Shown here piece by piece: positions 1-9,026 of a stretch of 28,593 bases of DNA. The stretch's first letter is position 1. The number at the start of each line of letters is the position of its first letter. The stretch spans positions 1 through 28,593 of the forward strand of contig DATHTG010000463.1 of assembly GCA_035463515.1 (NCBI GenBank). Reading direction: 5' to 3'. This DNA is from Candidatus Limnocylindrales bacterium (GTDB taxonomy: Bacteria > Chloroflexota > Limnocylindria > Limnocylindrales > CSP1-4). The position numbers were made by a program, and so were the translations under genes. The notes under the pieces were generated by a model. That model worked only from the letters and a program-made list of their open reading frames with translations, had not been told where the DNA came from and searched no databases.

Positions 1-724
1 CGCCGCCCGCGTGGCTCGACGTCCACGGGTCCCTCGTCCACTCCCAGTCGTTCCCGGTCACGTCGAACAGGCCATAGCCGTTGGCGGGGAAGGAGCCGAC
101 CGGCGATGTTCCGGCGTGGCGATCGAGCATCAGGTTCTGCCACGGGAACTCGCCCTGCCAGGTGTTCGCCATCATGCGTCCGCGCGGGGAGAACTCCTCC
201 CCCCAGGCGTAGGTCGCGCCGTCCAGTCCGCCGCGCGCGGCGAACTCCCATTCCGATTCGGTCGGTAGGTCCTTCCCGGCCCGCGTCGCGTACGCCAGGG
301 CATCCTCGAACCCCACGTGCGTGACGGGGTGTCGCTCGCGACCACCGACGTTGCTCCGCGGTCCTTCCGGGTGGCGCCAGTTCGCCCCCGGGACGTACCG
401 CCACCATCGCCGGTGGTCGTCCAGCGGCACAGGGCCAGGCGTCGGTTGGAACACGAGCGAGCCCGCGGCGAGATCCTCCGGTCTTGCACCTGGATACAGC
501 GAGGCGTCGGGGATCCGCTCCGCCATCGTGACGTACCCCGTGTCGAGAACGAAGCGACGGAACTCCGCGACCGTCACCGGGTGTTCGTCGATCCAGAACG
601 GTTCGACGGCGACCTGGCGGACGGGACGTTCCTCGGGATAGAAGTCGACCGAACCCATCGCGAACGCACCGCCCGCGATCCAGGCCATCCCCTTCCGCGT
701 GGCGTGATCGCGACGATCAGGCAC
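1..724 (-). CDS. Formylglycine-generating enzyme family (SUMF1/FGE-sulfatase) protein, 3'-truncated by the window edge
   Basis: Manual translation (absent from the ORF track because there is no stop in the window): MAWIAGGAFAMGSVDFYPEERPVRQV...FWIDEHPVTVAEFRRFV...WWRYVPGANWRHPEGP...HPVTHV...LPTESEWEFA...MANTWQGEFPWQN...PVGSFPANGYGLFDVTGNDWEW. Start is GTG 724 (overlapping the upstream stop) or ATG 688. Confidence 0.93.
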   Translation of the reverse strand, partial: MPDRRDHATRKGMAWIAGGAFAMGSVDFYPEERPVRQVAVEPFWIDEHPVTVAEFRRFVLDTGYVTMAERIPDASLYPGARPEDLAAGSLVFQPTPGPVPLDDHRRWWRYVPGANWRHPEGPRSNVGGRERHPVTHVGFEDALAYATRAGKDLPTESEWEFAARGGLDGATYAWGEEFSPRGRMMANTWQGEFPWQNLMLDRHAGTSPVGSFPANGYGLFDVTGNDWEWTRDPWTSSHAGG

Positions 725-1625
725 GGTGGGGAACCTCTTCGCCTGCCGCAGCGGCGCGCGGCTCGCTCGGGAGGTGACTTCCGCGCGGGCGCCGCGAGAA
801 CTCACCTGCGAGGAGGAACAGCAGCAGCATCGATACGAGGCTGATCGTCGCGAGGTAAACGAGCGTGTCGGAACGGTGCGCGAAGTCGACGTTCGCGACG
901 ATGAACGCCGCAGCGAGGTTCCGCTGGCCGGCGCCCAGGGCCATCACCCGCCGCTCCACCCCCGCCGGCACCGCAACGACGAAGCCGGCCGCGGCCGCGA
1001 CGCTCGTAAGGAGCGCAGCGGCAAGGAGCCCGCCCGTGCCGATCAGGCCGAGGAGCCCTGAGAGGTTCTGGCCGATGGAGACCAGGACGAGAAGGACCAG
1101 GGTCACGTTCGAGACGATGCCGACCGTCGCCCGGTACCCCAGGGCCTCCTCCTCGTACCTCGCGCGAACGACCAGGCCCGCCGCGAGTGGCAACAACATC
1201 TGGAGCGACAGCGATGTCGCGACCGACCCCGCCGCCACGTTCGCCTCAGGGAGGAGGATCTCGAGGAGCACCGGCAGGAACGCGACGGTCGCGATGATCT
1301 GCATCGTGACGAGGGCGACCGCCGACGCGGCATCGCCCTTCGCGATCTGCACGAGCTTGGGGATCATGGGCGCGCCGGCGGCCGACGCGATGAGCACGAG
1401 CCCGATGCGGAGGTCATCCGAGAGATCGAAGACCGCCGCCAAGAGCACCGCGACCAGCGGAACGAAGATGAAGTTGACGACGAGCGTCGCGACGACGAAC
1501 CGCCAGTTGCGAAGGGGTGCCACGATCTCGCCCACGGTGAGTCCGAGACCCATCGCGAACATCGTCGTCAGCGCGAAGGCCAACGTGAACAGCTGCGAGA
1601 GGTCCCCCAGCAGCTCGCGGTTCAC
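717..1625 (-). CDS. Bile acid:sodium symporter (BASS/SBF) family membrane transporter
   Basis: 302 aa, multiple TM segments, motifs MFAMGLGLT, NFIFVP, AAGAPMIPKL, GQRNLAAA; GGAGG RBS before GTG 1625. Confidence 0.85.
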   Translation of the reverse strand: MNRELLGDLSQLFTLAFALTTMFAMGLGLTVGEIVAPLRNWRFVVATLVVNFIFVPLVAVLLAAVFDLSDDLRIGLVLIASAAGAPMIPKLVQIAKGDAASAVALVTMQIIATVAFLPVLLEILLPEANVAAGSVATSLSLQMLLPLAAGLVVRARYEEEALGYRATVGIVSNVTLVLLVLVSIGQNLSGLLGLIGTGGLLAAALLTSVAAAAGFVVAVPAGVERRVMALGAGQRNLAAAFIVANVDFAHRSDTLVYLATISLVSMLLLFLLAGEFSRRPRGSHLPSEPRAAAAGEEVPHRA

Positions 1626-1640
1626 GGCACCTCCCGCCGA

Positions 1641-3995
1641 TCACTCCACCGTTAGCGCGGCTCGCATCCGCTCCTGCGGTGAGATGTCGTGATCGTTGTC
1701 GCGTCCCCCTTCGGGGATGCGGATCTCGACCCAACGCACCTCGCCGCTGAACGCATGCACGGCGTAGTCAGGCGTCACGGCCGAACCGAGGTCGTTCCCG
1801 ATCTCGAACGGCTCGTCGCTCGCGAACGGGAGCGGCTGCGTCCGCTCGACGCGACCCTCTCCGGCAGGGCGATCGTCGATGAAGAGGCGAACCGTGCCAC
1901 CCTTCGCGGGACCTCCGCCGTCATACTCGAAGTCCATCCGGACGTGATGGCGGCCTTCGGGGATCTGCTCGGTCCCCTCGACGTGGAACAGCTCAACGCC
2001 GTAGAAGTTGTAGCAGTACCGGGGTTGGCCGTGCTTCGCGTAGAGCGCCCAACCACCGACGAAGCCTCCCTGTGCCGCGATCACGCCCTCGCAGTCGTCC
2101 GAGGGCACCACGACCTCGGCCGTCACCGAATGCGACTTGTTCTTCGTGCTGATGATGGTGAACGCGTTCAGGCGTCCGATGCCCTGGTACAGGCGCTGGC
2201 GGGTCCCGCGCGCGAGCACGGGCCGGCCGGCATGGTCGGGGTCGGCGCGTTCGGCTGCCCGATCGTCGAGCGGGAGGACCTGATACTTCGCGGCTTCGAT
2301 CAGGAACAGTCGCTGGAGCTCCTCGAGCACCTCGGGTCGCTCTGCTGCGAGGTCGTGCGCTTGGGTCCAATCCGTGTTCGTGTCGTACAGCTCCCACGTG
2401 TCGTCCGCGAGCGATCGCTCAGGCCAGTTCTCCACCGGAGGGTTGTGCGCCGTGACGGCCGTGAAGCCCTTGTGGTAGATGCCGCGGTTGCCGAGGACCT
2501 CGAAGTACTGCGTCTCGTGCCGATCCGGTGCATCGGGCGCGTCGAAGCTGTAGGCCATGCTGACGCCTTCGATCGGTTGCTGCTGCACGCCGTGCACGAT
2601 CAGCGGCTGCGGCAGGTTCGCGGCCTCCAAGAGGGTCGGCGTGACATCGATCACGTGGTGGAACTGGTGACGCATCTCGCCCCGCGCCCGGATGCCCCGC
2701 GGCCAGTGAACGATCAAACCGTTGCGGGTCCCTCCCCAATGCGACGCGACCCGCTTCGTCCATTGGTACGGCGTATCCATCGCATGCGCCCATCCGAGCG
2801 AGTACTGCGGATACGACCGCGGCGTCCCGAACGAGTCGAGACGCTCACGCAGGAAGTCCGGCGTCTCGATGTCCGCCATCCCGGTCATCGTCAACGACTC
2901 GTTCCAGGTGCCGTGCAGCGTCCCCTCCCCCGAGGCTCCGTTGTCACCGGTGATCACGTAGATCAGCGTGTCCTCGAGCGCGCCGAGCTCTTCGATCGCG
3001 TCGACGACCCGTCCGATCTGCACATCGGTGTGCTCGAGGAAGGCCGCGTAGAGCTCCATCCCGCGCACGAGCACCGGCTTCATCTCGTCGGACACGTCGC
3101 GCCAGGCGGGGATCCCCTCGGGACGGAGGGTGAGGTCGCAGTGGGGCGGGACGATCCCCAGCTCCTTTTGGCGTGCGAACGTCCGCTCACGCGCTGCGTC
3201 CCAGCCGTCGTCGAACTCGCCCCGGTACCGGTCGAGCCAGTCAGGCGGCACATGGATCGGCGCGTGGGTCGCGCCGGGCGCGAAGTACAGGAAGAACGGC
3301 TTGTCCGGCACGAGGCTCCGTTGCTGGCTGAGCCAGCGCTGCGCTCTCGTCGCGAGGTCCTCCGTGAGGTGGTACCCCTCCTCGGGTGATCGGTCAGGTT
3401 CGACCGGCGTCGTGCCCTGCGTGAGGCTCGGGTAGAACTGGCTCGTCTCGCCCCCGATGAAGCCGTAGAAGTACTCGAAGCCGTTGCCGGTCGGCCATCG
3501 GTCGAACGGACCCATGGGGCTCCACTCCCACGACGGCACTTCGTGGCACTTGCCGAGCTGGGCTGTCGAGTACCCGTTCAGCCGGAGCGTCTCCGCGATC
3601 GTCGCCGCCGTGTTCGGACGCACCGAGGTGTACCCCGGGGCCGCCGTCGCCATGTCGGAAACCGTCCCCATGCTGACGGAGTGATGGTTCCGGCCCGTCA
3701 GGAGCGACTGTCGCGTGGGCGAGCAGATCGCCGTCGTGTGGAAGCGCGTGTAGCGGAGCCCTCCGGCCGCGAGCCGCTCGAACGTGGGGGTGCGGCACGG
3801 GCCGCCGAAGGCGCTGTTGGCGCCGAAGCCCGCGTCGTCCAGGAGGACGAGCAGGATGTTCGGCGCGCCGTCCGGCGGGCGGAGCGGCTCGATCGGCTCG
3901 TAGTCGACGTCTTCGTGCTCCGCGAGGTACATCGTTGCGCCCACCTGAGGTCGGTCCGGGATCGGAAGGACCTCACGTCCCGTCCCTGCGCTCAT
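1641..3995 (-). CDS. Cys-type arylsulfatase (actinobacterial AtsA/B/D-like, about 784 aa)
   Basis: PNILLVLLDDAGFG, CSPTRQSLLTGR (CxPxR FGly motif), GKCH, FLYFAPGATHAP, GDNGAS. Start moved to ATG 3995 behind a GAGGAGG RBS; the ORF track's 4151 start is over-extended. Confidence 0.95.
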   Translation of the reverse strand: MSAGTGREVLPIPDRPQVGATMYLAEHEDVDYEPIEPLRPPDGAPNILLVLLDDAGFGANSAFGGPCRTPTFERLAAGGLRYTRFHTTAICSPTRQSLLTGRNHHSVSMGTVSDMATAAPGYTSVRPNTAATIAETLRLNGYSTAQLGKCHEVPSWEWSPMGPFDRWPTGNGFEYFYGFIGGETSQFYPSLTQGTTPVEPDRSPEEGYHLTEDLATRAQRWLSQQRSLVPDKPFFLYFAPGATHAPIHVPPDWLDRYRGEFDDGWDAARERTFARQKELGIVPPHCDLTLRPEGIPAWRDVSDEMKPVLVRGMELYAAFLEHTDVQIGRVVDAIEELGALEDTLIYVITGDNGASGEGTLHGTWNESLTMTGMADIETPDFLRERLDSFGTPRSYPQYSLGWAHAMDTPYQWTKRVASHWGGTRNGLIVHWPRGIRARGEMRHQFHHVIDVTPTLLEAANLPQPLIVHGVQQQPIEGVSMAYSFDAPDAPDRHETQYFEVLGNRGIYHKGFTAVTAHNPPVENWPERSLADDTWELYDTNTDWTQAHDLAAERPEVLEELQRLFLIEAAKYQVLPLDDRAAERADPDHAGRPVLARGTRQRLYQGIGRLNAFTIISTKNKSHSVTAEVVVPSDDCEGVIAAQGGFVGGWALYAKHGQPRYCYNFYGVELFHVEGTEQIPEGRHHVRMDFEYDGGGPAKGGTVRLFIDDRPAGEGRVERTQPLPFASDEPFEIGNDLGSAVTPDYAVHAFSGEVRWVEIRIPEGGRDNDHDISPQERMRAALTVE

Positions 3996-4148
3996 CCCAG
4001 CCTCCTCAGCGCTCGGTCGTGTCGGCTCTCCCTGAGCGCAGCTGCAACGGATCGCTCCGTGGGGTATGTCTCGGGACTGATGATGAGCGATGCAGGCGAT
4101 CGCGGGCAAGCGTCCGATGGAGGCTCGCTTCGGCGCGACGCTCGCGCA

Positions 4149-4174
4149 CATCGACCTCGCTCTCGAGGTCGATG
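4149..4174. repeat. Perfect 11-bp inverted repeat CATCGACCTCG-CTCT-CGAGGTCGATG
   Basis: Read directly; lies in the divergent intergenic region between the sulfatase and SulP. Confidence 0.8.
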
Positions 4175-4252
4175 CCTTCTCTCACGGGTCGACGAGAGCG
4201 TCGACGCGTACCGTGCGTGGAACGATCGGTACGACGCTGCTGGGAGTGATCG

Positions 4253-6055
4253 ATGAGCGCCGCTGACGGCGAGCAGGAGCGATCGGCCGGATCAGGTGAG
4301 CGATCCGACGCCGACCCGGAACTGCCGTTCGTCGATCAGCCGGGGCTGCGACGGCTTCGCGAGGCGGTCGCCAACGTCACCGATCACCTCCCTGGAAGGC
4401 GAACGCTGCTGCAAGACGCCGTCGCCGGACTCACGGTAACGGTCAGCACCGTGCCGGACGGGATGGCGAACGGGCTCCTCGCCGGTGTGAACCCGATCTA
4501 CGGCCTGTACGCGAACATGGTCGGGCCGGTCGTGGGGGGTGCCATCGCCAGCACGCGGCGCATGGTCATCAACAACACCAGCGCGGTATCGCTCGTCGCC
4601 GGGCAAGCCCTCGTCGATCTCGGTGGAGGCGGCGACGAGCGACTCTTCACCATGGTGATGCTGGCAGGCCTGATCGCGCTGGGGCTCGGCATCCTCGGTC
4701 TCGGTCGGCTCACGCGGTTCGTCTCGTTCTCCGTGATGACCGGCTTCATCGCCGGCATCTCCGTCGTGCTCGTGTTGAGCCAGTTGCCGACGATCACCGG
4801 GATCGGGGTCGCTGACGGGAACAGCGTGACGGAGACGTTCCGGCTCGTGGCCACCCTCGGGAACCTCCACCTGGCAACCCTCGCGTTCGCGCTGTCGACC
4901 ATCGTCTTGGCCGTCGGCCTGCCGCGCATCGGGCTCGAGCGCGGCGCGAGCCTGATCGCGATCGTCGTGCCGACGGTCGTCGTCGCGCTCGGCGGATTCG
5001 ACGACGTGGCCTTGGTGTCCGACGTAAGCGAGATCCCGCGCGGGATCCCGGCTCCGGTCCTGCCTTCGTTGTCCCATCTGTCACCCGAACTCATCACCGG
5101 CGCGATCGCCGTGGCCGCGATCTCCCTCGTCCAGGGGTCAGGGGTGGCGCAGAGCGTGCCGAACGCCGACGGCGATCCGAGCGATCCATCTCGTGACTTC
5201 GTCGCTCAGGGAGCCGCGAACCTCGCCGCAGGCCTCGTCCGCGGGCTCCCCGTCGGCGGCTCGCTGTCGGGAACGGCGGTCAACGTGACCTCGGGCGGCG
5301 CCGGTCGGTGGGCGGCGATCTCGTCCGGCATCTGGATGGCGGCCATCGTCCTCGGCGCGCCTGCGCTGATCGCGCGCGTGGTGATGCCGGGCCTCGGCGC
5401 CTTGTTGATCCTCGCGGGGATCCGCAGCATCCATCCGTCGGAGGTTCGATCGGTATGGCGTGCCGGATGGCCATCGGTCGTAGCCGCGACGACGACGTTC
5501 GTCTCCACGCTCGTGCTGCCGATCCAGGTGGCCGTCGGCTTCGGTGTCGCGTTGTCGACGGTGCTGTACCTGAGCGAGTCGTCCAACGACGTGTCGGTCG
5601 TTCAGCTCGTGCGCCGATCGGATGGACACATCGAGGAACGGGAGGCGCCGAGGCGTCTCGAGGACCGCAGCGTCACGGTGCTCGACGTGTACGGGCAGTT
5701 GTACTTCGCAGCGGCGCGCACCTTCGGGCGCCTGCTGCCGGAGGTGCGCAGCGCCGACGCGCCGGTCGTCGTGATCAGATTGCGTGGACGAACGAACCTC
5801 AGCGCGACCCTCGTCGACGTCATCACACGGTACGCCGACGAACTGAAACGGGCGGGCGGGCGGCTGTACCTCTCCGGCGCGAGCCGTGCGGCGCTCGAGC
5901 ACCTCGAACGCAGCGGGTTCCGCCGCAGCGAACACGTACGCGTGTACGAAGCGACGTCGATCCTCGGAGAGTCCACCAGCGAAGCCGAGGCCCACGGCGG
6001 CGCATGGCTCGTCGACAAGGGCGACCGCGAGCCGGAGGCGGCCGACGACGCATGA
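4253..6055 (+). CDS. SulP family inorganic anion transporter with C-terminal STAS domain
   Basis: DAVAGLTVTVSTVPDGMANGLLAGVNPIYGLY, FVAQGAANLAAGL..GLPVGGSLSGTAVN, STAS-like GQLYFAAA; 600 aa, hydrophobic core. Confidence 0.92.
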   Translation: MSAADGEQERSAGSGERSDADPELPFVDQPGLRRLREAVANVTDHLPGRRTLLQDAVAGLTVTVSTVPDGMANGLLAGVNPIYGLYANMVGPVVGGAIASTRRMVINNTSAVSLVAGQALVDLGGGGDERLFTMVMLAGLIALGLGILGLGRLTRFVSFSVMTGFIAGISVVLVLSQLPTITGIGVADGNSVTETFRLVATLGNLHLATLAFALSTIVLAVGLPRIGLERGASLIAIVVPTVVVALGGFDDVALVSDVSEIPRGIPAPVLPSLSHLSPELITGAIAVAAISLVQGSGVAQSVPNADGDPSDPSRDFVAQGAANLAAGLVRGLPVGGSLSGTAVNVTSGGAGRWAAISSGIWMAAIVLGAPALIARVVMPGLGALLILAGIRSIHPSEVRSVWRAGWPSVVAATTTFVSTLVLPIQVAVGFGVALSTVLYLSESSNDVSVVQLVRRSDGHIEEREAPRRLEDRSVTVLDVYGQLYFAAARTFGRLLPEVRSADAPVVVIRLRGRTNLSATLVDVITRYADELKRAGGRLYLSGASRAALEHLERSGFRRSEHVRVYEATSILGESTSEAEAHGGAWLVDKGDREPEAADDA

Positions 6056-6062
6056 GACGACG

Positions 6063-7853
6063 ATGACGGACATGCGGATCGAGGACTACGCGCTGATCGG
6101 TGACACCCAGACGGCCGCTCTCGTCGGTGCCGATGGATCTATCGACTGGCTCTGTCTTCCCAGGTTCGATTCCGCGGCCTGCTTCGCAGCGCTTGTGGGT
6201 ACGCCCGACAACGGGTACTGGCGCCTCGGCCCTGCCGACGGTTCACCCGCTACGAGCCGTCGGTACCGGGGTGACTCACTCGTCCTCGAGACGACGTTCG
6301 AGACGGCGTCGGGAACCGTTCGCGTCGTGGACTGCATGCCACCACGTGCGCGTGACCCCGACGTGGTTCGCGTCGTCGAAGGCGTCAGCGGACGGGTTCC
6401 GGTCCGGATGGAACTCGCGATCCGGTTCGACTACGGCCGCTCGATCCCGTGGGTCCGACGGGTCGGTGGGCGCCTGTCCGCCGTGGCCGGTCCGGACGCC
6501 GTGGTCCTCGAGACGCCGGTGGCGACGGTTGGCGAGGGGTTCCGCACCGTCGCGAACTTCGAGGTCTCGGCGGGCGACCGCGTGCCGTTCGCCCTCGAGT
6601 GGCATCCATCGCACGAGCCGTTCGGCGCAGTCGTCGACGCCCTCGAGGAGGTGCGCGAAACCCAAGCATGGTGGGAAACGTGGGCGCAGCGGTGCACGTA
6701 CGACGGCGAATGGCGCGACGCCGTCGTTCGGTCGCTCATCACGCTCAAGGCACTCACGTACGCGCCGAGCGGCGGCATCGTCGCGGCGCCGACCACGTCG
6801 CTGCCCGAGCAGCTCGGCGGGGTCAGGAACTGGGATTACCGGTACTGCTGGCTGCGCGACGCCACGTTCACACTCGACGCCCTGATGGCGGCCGGATACG
6901 ACGGCGAGGCGCAGGCGTGGCGCGATTGGTTGCTCCGCGCCGTCGCCGGTTCACCGGGGGACCTGCAGATCATGTACGGATGCGGCGGCGAGCGTCGACT
7001 CCCCGAGATGACGCTCGAGTGGCTCTCGGGGTACCGGGGCGCTCGTCCGGTTCGGATCGGGAACGCCGCCGTCGACCAGCTCCAGCTGGACGTGTTCGGC
7101 GAGGTGATGGACTCGATGCATCAGGCGCGTGATATCGGCATCCCTCCCGATCCGTACAGCTGGGATCTCCAGCGGACGTTGATGGATTTCCTCGAGTCCA
7201 CGTGGACCGAACCGGACGAGGGGATCTGGGAGGTCCGCGGACCACGGCGTCACTTCACGCACTCGAAGGTCATGGCGTGGGTGGCAGCCGATCGTGCCGT
7301 CGACGCGGTCGAGCGGTTCGGGCTCGACGGTCCGGCCGACCGTTGGCGCGCCCTCCGTGAGGCGATACGAGCCGAGGTCGACGAGAAGGGATGGGATGCC
7401 GAGCGCGGCACGTACACGCAGTTCTACGGCAGTCGCGAACTCGATGCGTCGCTCCTCATGCTGCCGCTCGTCGGATACCTCCGCGCGGACGACGCGCGGA
7501 TGCAGGGAACGCTCGCTGCCATCGAGCGAGAACTGTGCCGCGACGGGCTCGTCTACCGCTACGAGCAGTTCGACTCCTCGGTCGACGGTCTTCCACCTGG
7601 CGAAGGAGCGTTCCTCGCCTGCACCTTCTGGCTCGCCGACAACTACGCGCTCGCAGGACGGCCCGACGAAGCTCGGACGACGTTCGAACGTCTGTTGTCG
7701 CTTCGGAACGACGTCGGTCTGCTCGCGGAGCAATACGACGTCGTGACGGGCCGTCAGACAGGGAACTTCCCGCAGGCGTTCTCGCACGTGCCGCTGGTGA
7801 GCACGGCACTGAACCTCTCATCGCCGCGAGCGCCGACGGCGACGCGCGGGTGA
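6063..7853 (+). CDS. Glycoside hydrolase family 15 (trehalase/glucoamylase-like), copy 1
   Basis: MRIEDYALIGD, IDWLCLPRFDS, AAPTTSLPE..GGVRNWDYRYCWLRDA, GIWEVRG, LLAEQYD, GNFPQAFSH. Start is ATG 6063 or 6072, just after the SulP stop. Confidence 0.93.
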   Translation: MTDMRIEDYALIGDTQTAALVGADGSIDWLCLPRFDSAACFAALVGTPDNGYWRLGPADGSPATSRRYRGDSLVLETTFETASGTVRVVDCMPPRARDPDVVRVVEGVSGRVPVRMELAIRFDYGRSIPWVRRVGGRLSAVAGPDAVVLETPVATVGEGFRTVANFEVSAGDRVPFALEWHPSHEPFGAVVDALEEVRETQAWWETWAQRCTYDGEWRDAVVRSLITLKALTYAPSGGIVAAPTTSLPEQLGGVRNWDYRYCWLRDATFTLDALMAAGYDGEAQAWRDWLLRAVAGSPGDLQIMYGCGGERRLPEMTLEWLSGYRGARPVRIGNAAVDQLQLDVFGEVMDSMHQARDIGIPPDPYSWDLQRTLMDFLESTWTEPDEGIWEVRGPRRHFTHSKVMAWVAADRAVDAVERFGLDGPADRWRALREAIRAEVDEKGWDAERGTYTQFYGSRELDASLLMLPLVGYLRADDARMQGTLAAIERELCRDGLVYRYEQFDSSVDGLPPGEGAFLACTFWLADNYALAGRPDEARTTFERLLSLRNDVGLLAEQYDVVTGRQTGNFPQAFSHVPLVSTALNLSSPRAPTATRG

Positions 7854-7943
7854 GGCTCGTTCATCCGCGGAACGGACCGGCGACCTCAATCATCATGCAA
7901 CGACTCCGGTCGATCCCGACGCGTCCACATCTCCGGCGCGGGC

Positions 7944-8459
7944 TCATCCGCCGTCGCCTGGACCTGGCCGACGCGCCGCTTCGAGAGCCTCACGCAACCT
8001 CCGGTCCCCTTCTTGACTCAGGGTCGTCACCATGACGCGGCCGCCGAAGCGCTGCATCGCCTCGAGGACCGCATCCGCATCGACGCTATGCGCAAGAACG
8101 AACAGCGCCGAACGATCTGTGTGCATCGCCGACGCGATCTCCTTGATGAAGTCATCGTCGATCCCATAGTCGGAGAATGCGCCGACGACGGCGCCCGCAC
8201 CCGCACCCACGAGTGCTCCCAGCGCCGGGGCGAGGAACAGCATGCCGATCAGCGCCCCGCTGGCGGCACCCGTAGCAGCACCGACGACCGCCGGCGGTCC
8301 CACGTACTGACGCAGCCGGAGTTTGCCGTCGTCGCCTCGAATAGCGACGACTGCATCCTCCACGACGATCTTGTCGTCGACCTGCAACTGCGCGAGGACT
8401 CGTCGGACCTCGGCCGCCGTGTCCTCATCCGGATAGCTGATGACGCAGAGATCGCTCAT
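7944..8459 (-). CDS. DUF1269-family membrane protein
   Basis: MSDLCVISYPDE..A..V...L..L...VEDAVV, glycine-zipper GAATGAASGALIGMLF..ALGALVGAGAG, DYGIDDDFIKE; GGAGG RBS. Confidence 0.85.
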   Translation of the reverse strand: MSDLCVISYPDEDTAAEVRRVLAQLQVDDKIVVEDAVVAIRGDDGKLRLRQYVGPPAVVGAATGAASGALIGMLFLAPALGALVGAGAGAVVGAFSDYGIDDDFIKEIASAMHTDRSALFVLAHSVDADAVLEAMQRFGGRVMVTTLSQEGDRRLREALEAARRPGPGDGG

Positions 8460-8480
8460 GCAGCCTCCGATGCGCGCGCG

Positions 8481-8864
8481 TCAGTCGTCCCACCACGACA
8501 GGGGATAGCCCGCATCGTTCCACGCGATGAGCCCACCGTCGAGGACGGCGACGCGTTCCGCAGCGAAGCCTGCGTCGATGATCCGCCGCGCCGCCCGGGC
8601 GCTGGTGTACTCATCCGGTCAGGTGCAGTAGAAGATGACGGCTCGTTCCTCCGGGACGGAACGTAACGAAGGGTGATCGGGTGATCGGCGGATCTCCGCG
8701 AACGGGAGCGAGATCGCATCGGCGGCGTGCGCCTCGCCGAACGATGCCGCGTCCCGCGTGTCGACGAGCACGGCGCGACCGGCGTGCACGAGCGACCGAG
8801 CTTCGGCCGCAGAGACCCGCCTGATCCGCTCGAGCTCGGACCGGTTGACGCGTACGTCGCTCAT
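8481..8864 (-). CDS. Rhodanese-like domain protein with in-frame UGA (probable selenocysteine at codon 82), 127 aa
   Basis: MSDVRVNRSELERIRRVSAAEARSLVHAGRAVLVDTRD..F.EAHAADAISLP...AVIFYCT-UGA(8621-8619)-PDEYTSARAARRIIDAGFAAERVAVLDGGLIAWNDAGYPLSWWDD*. The C-terminal rhodanese signature LxGGxxAW appears only after the UGA. Confidence 0.85.
8577..8615 (-). promoter_or_regulatory. Candidate bacterial SECIS hairpin immediately 3' of the UGA
   Basis: Counting from the UGA, GAUGA(+4..+8) pairs with UCAUC(+38..+42) and GCGCC(+17..+21) pairs with GGCGC(+27..+31) around a G-rich apical loop CGGGC(+22..+26). Paired by eye, no folding software run. Confidence 0.55.
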
Positions 8865-8901
8865 CCGCTCTCCGCCGTATCGCTGAGGTCGATCACCGCA
8901 C

Positions 8902-8925
8902 TTCCCGACCAGCACGCTCCGAAAC
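8902..8925 (-). promoter_or_regulatory. SigB/SigF-type promoter candidate GTTT-N15-GGGAA upstream of the rhodanese
   Basis: Minus strand reads GTTT CGGAGCGTGCTGGTC GGGAA, about 38 nt before ATG 8864; the same motif and spacing recur at 18825. Confidence 0.55.
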
Positions 8926-9026
8926 GTCGCAGGTCGACGAGGAGCTCATGACCGGCCGATCACCCTTGAGCCCAGCAGCAGGCGCGGAAGGAACTCGATC
9001 GGACGCTCGGCCAGAGGGGGCGGAGC

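Noticed and set aside
40-60. FGE motif reads GNDWEW instead of the usual GN(V/A)WEW
   Set aside because: A single-base difference near the contig edge that could be an error or tolerated variant; the catalytic Cys region lies outside the window.
1689-3389. 566-aa plus-strand ORF
   Set aside because: Antisense shadow of the sulfatase, a typical high-GC artefact; no recognisable motifs.
4080-4256. 58-aa ORF whose stop overlaps the SulP ATG (possible leader peptide or frameshifted remnant)
   Set aside because: Codon usage is coding-like only in patches and in different frames; no recognisable homology.
8456-8719. 87-aa minus-strand ORF between DUF1269 and the rhodanese
   Set aside because: Low-complexity alternate frame; the region is explained by the UGA read-through half of the rhodanese.
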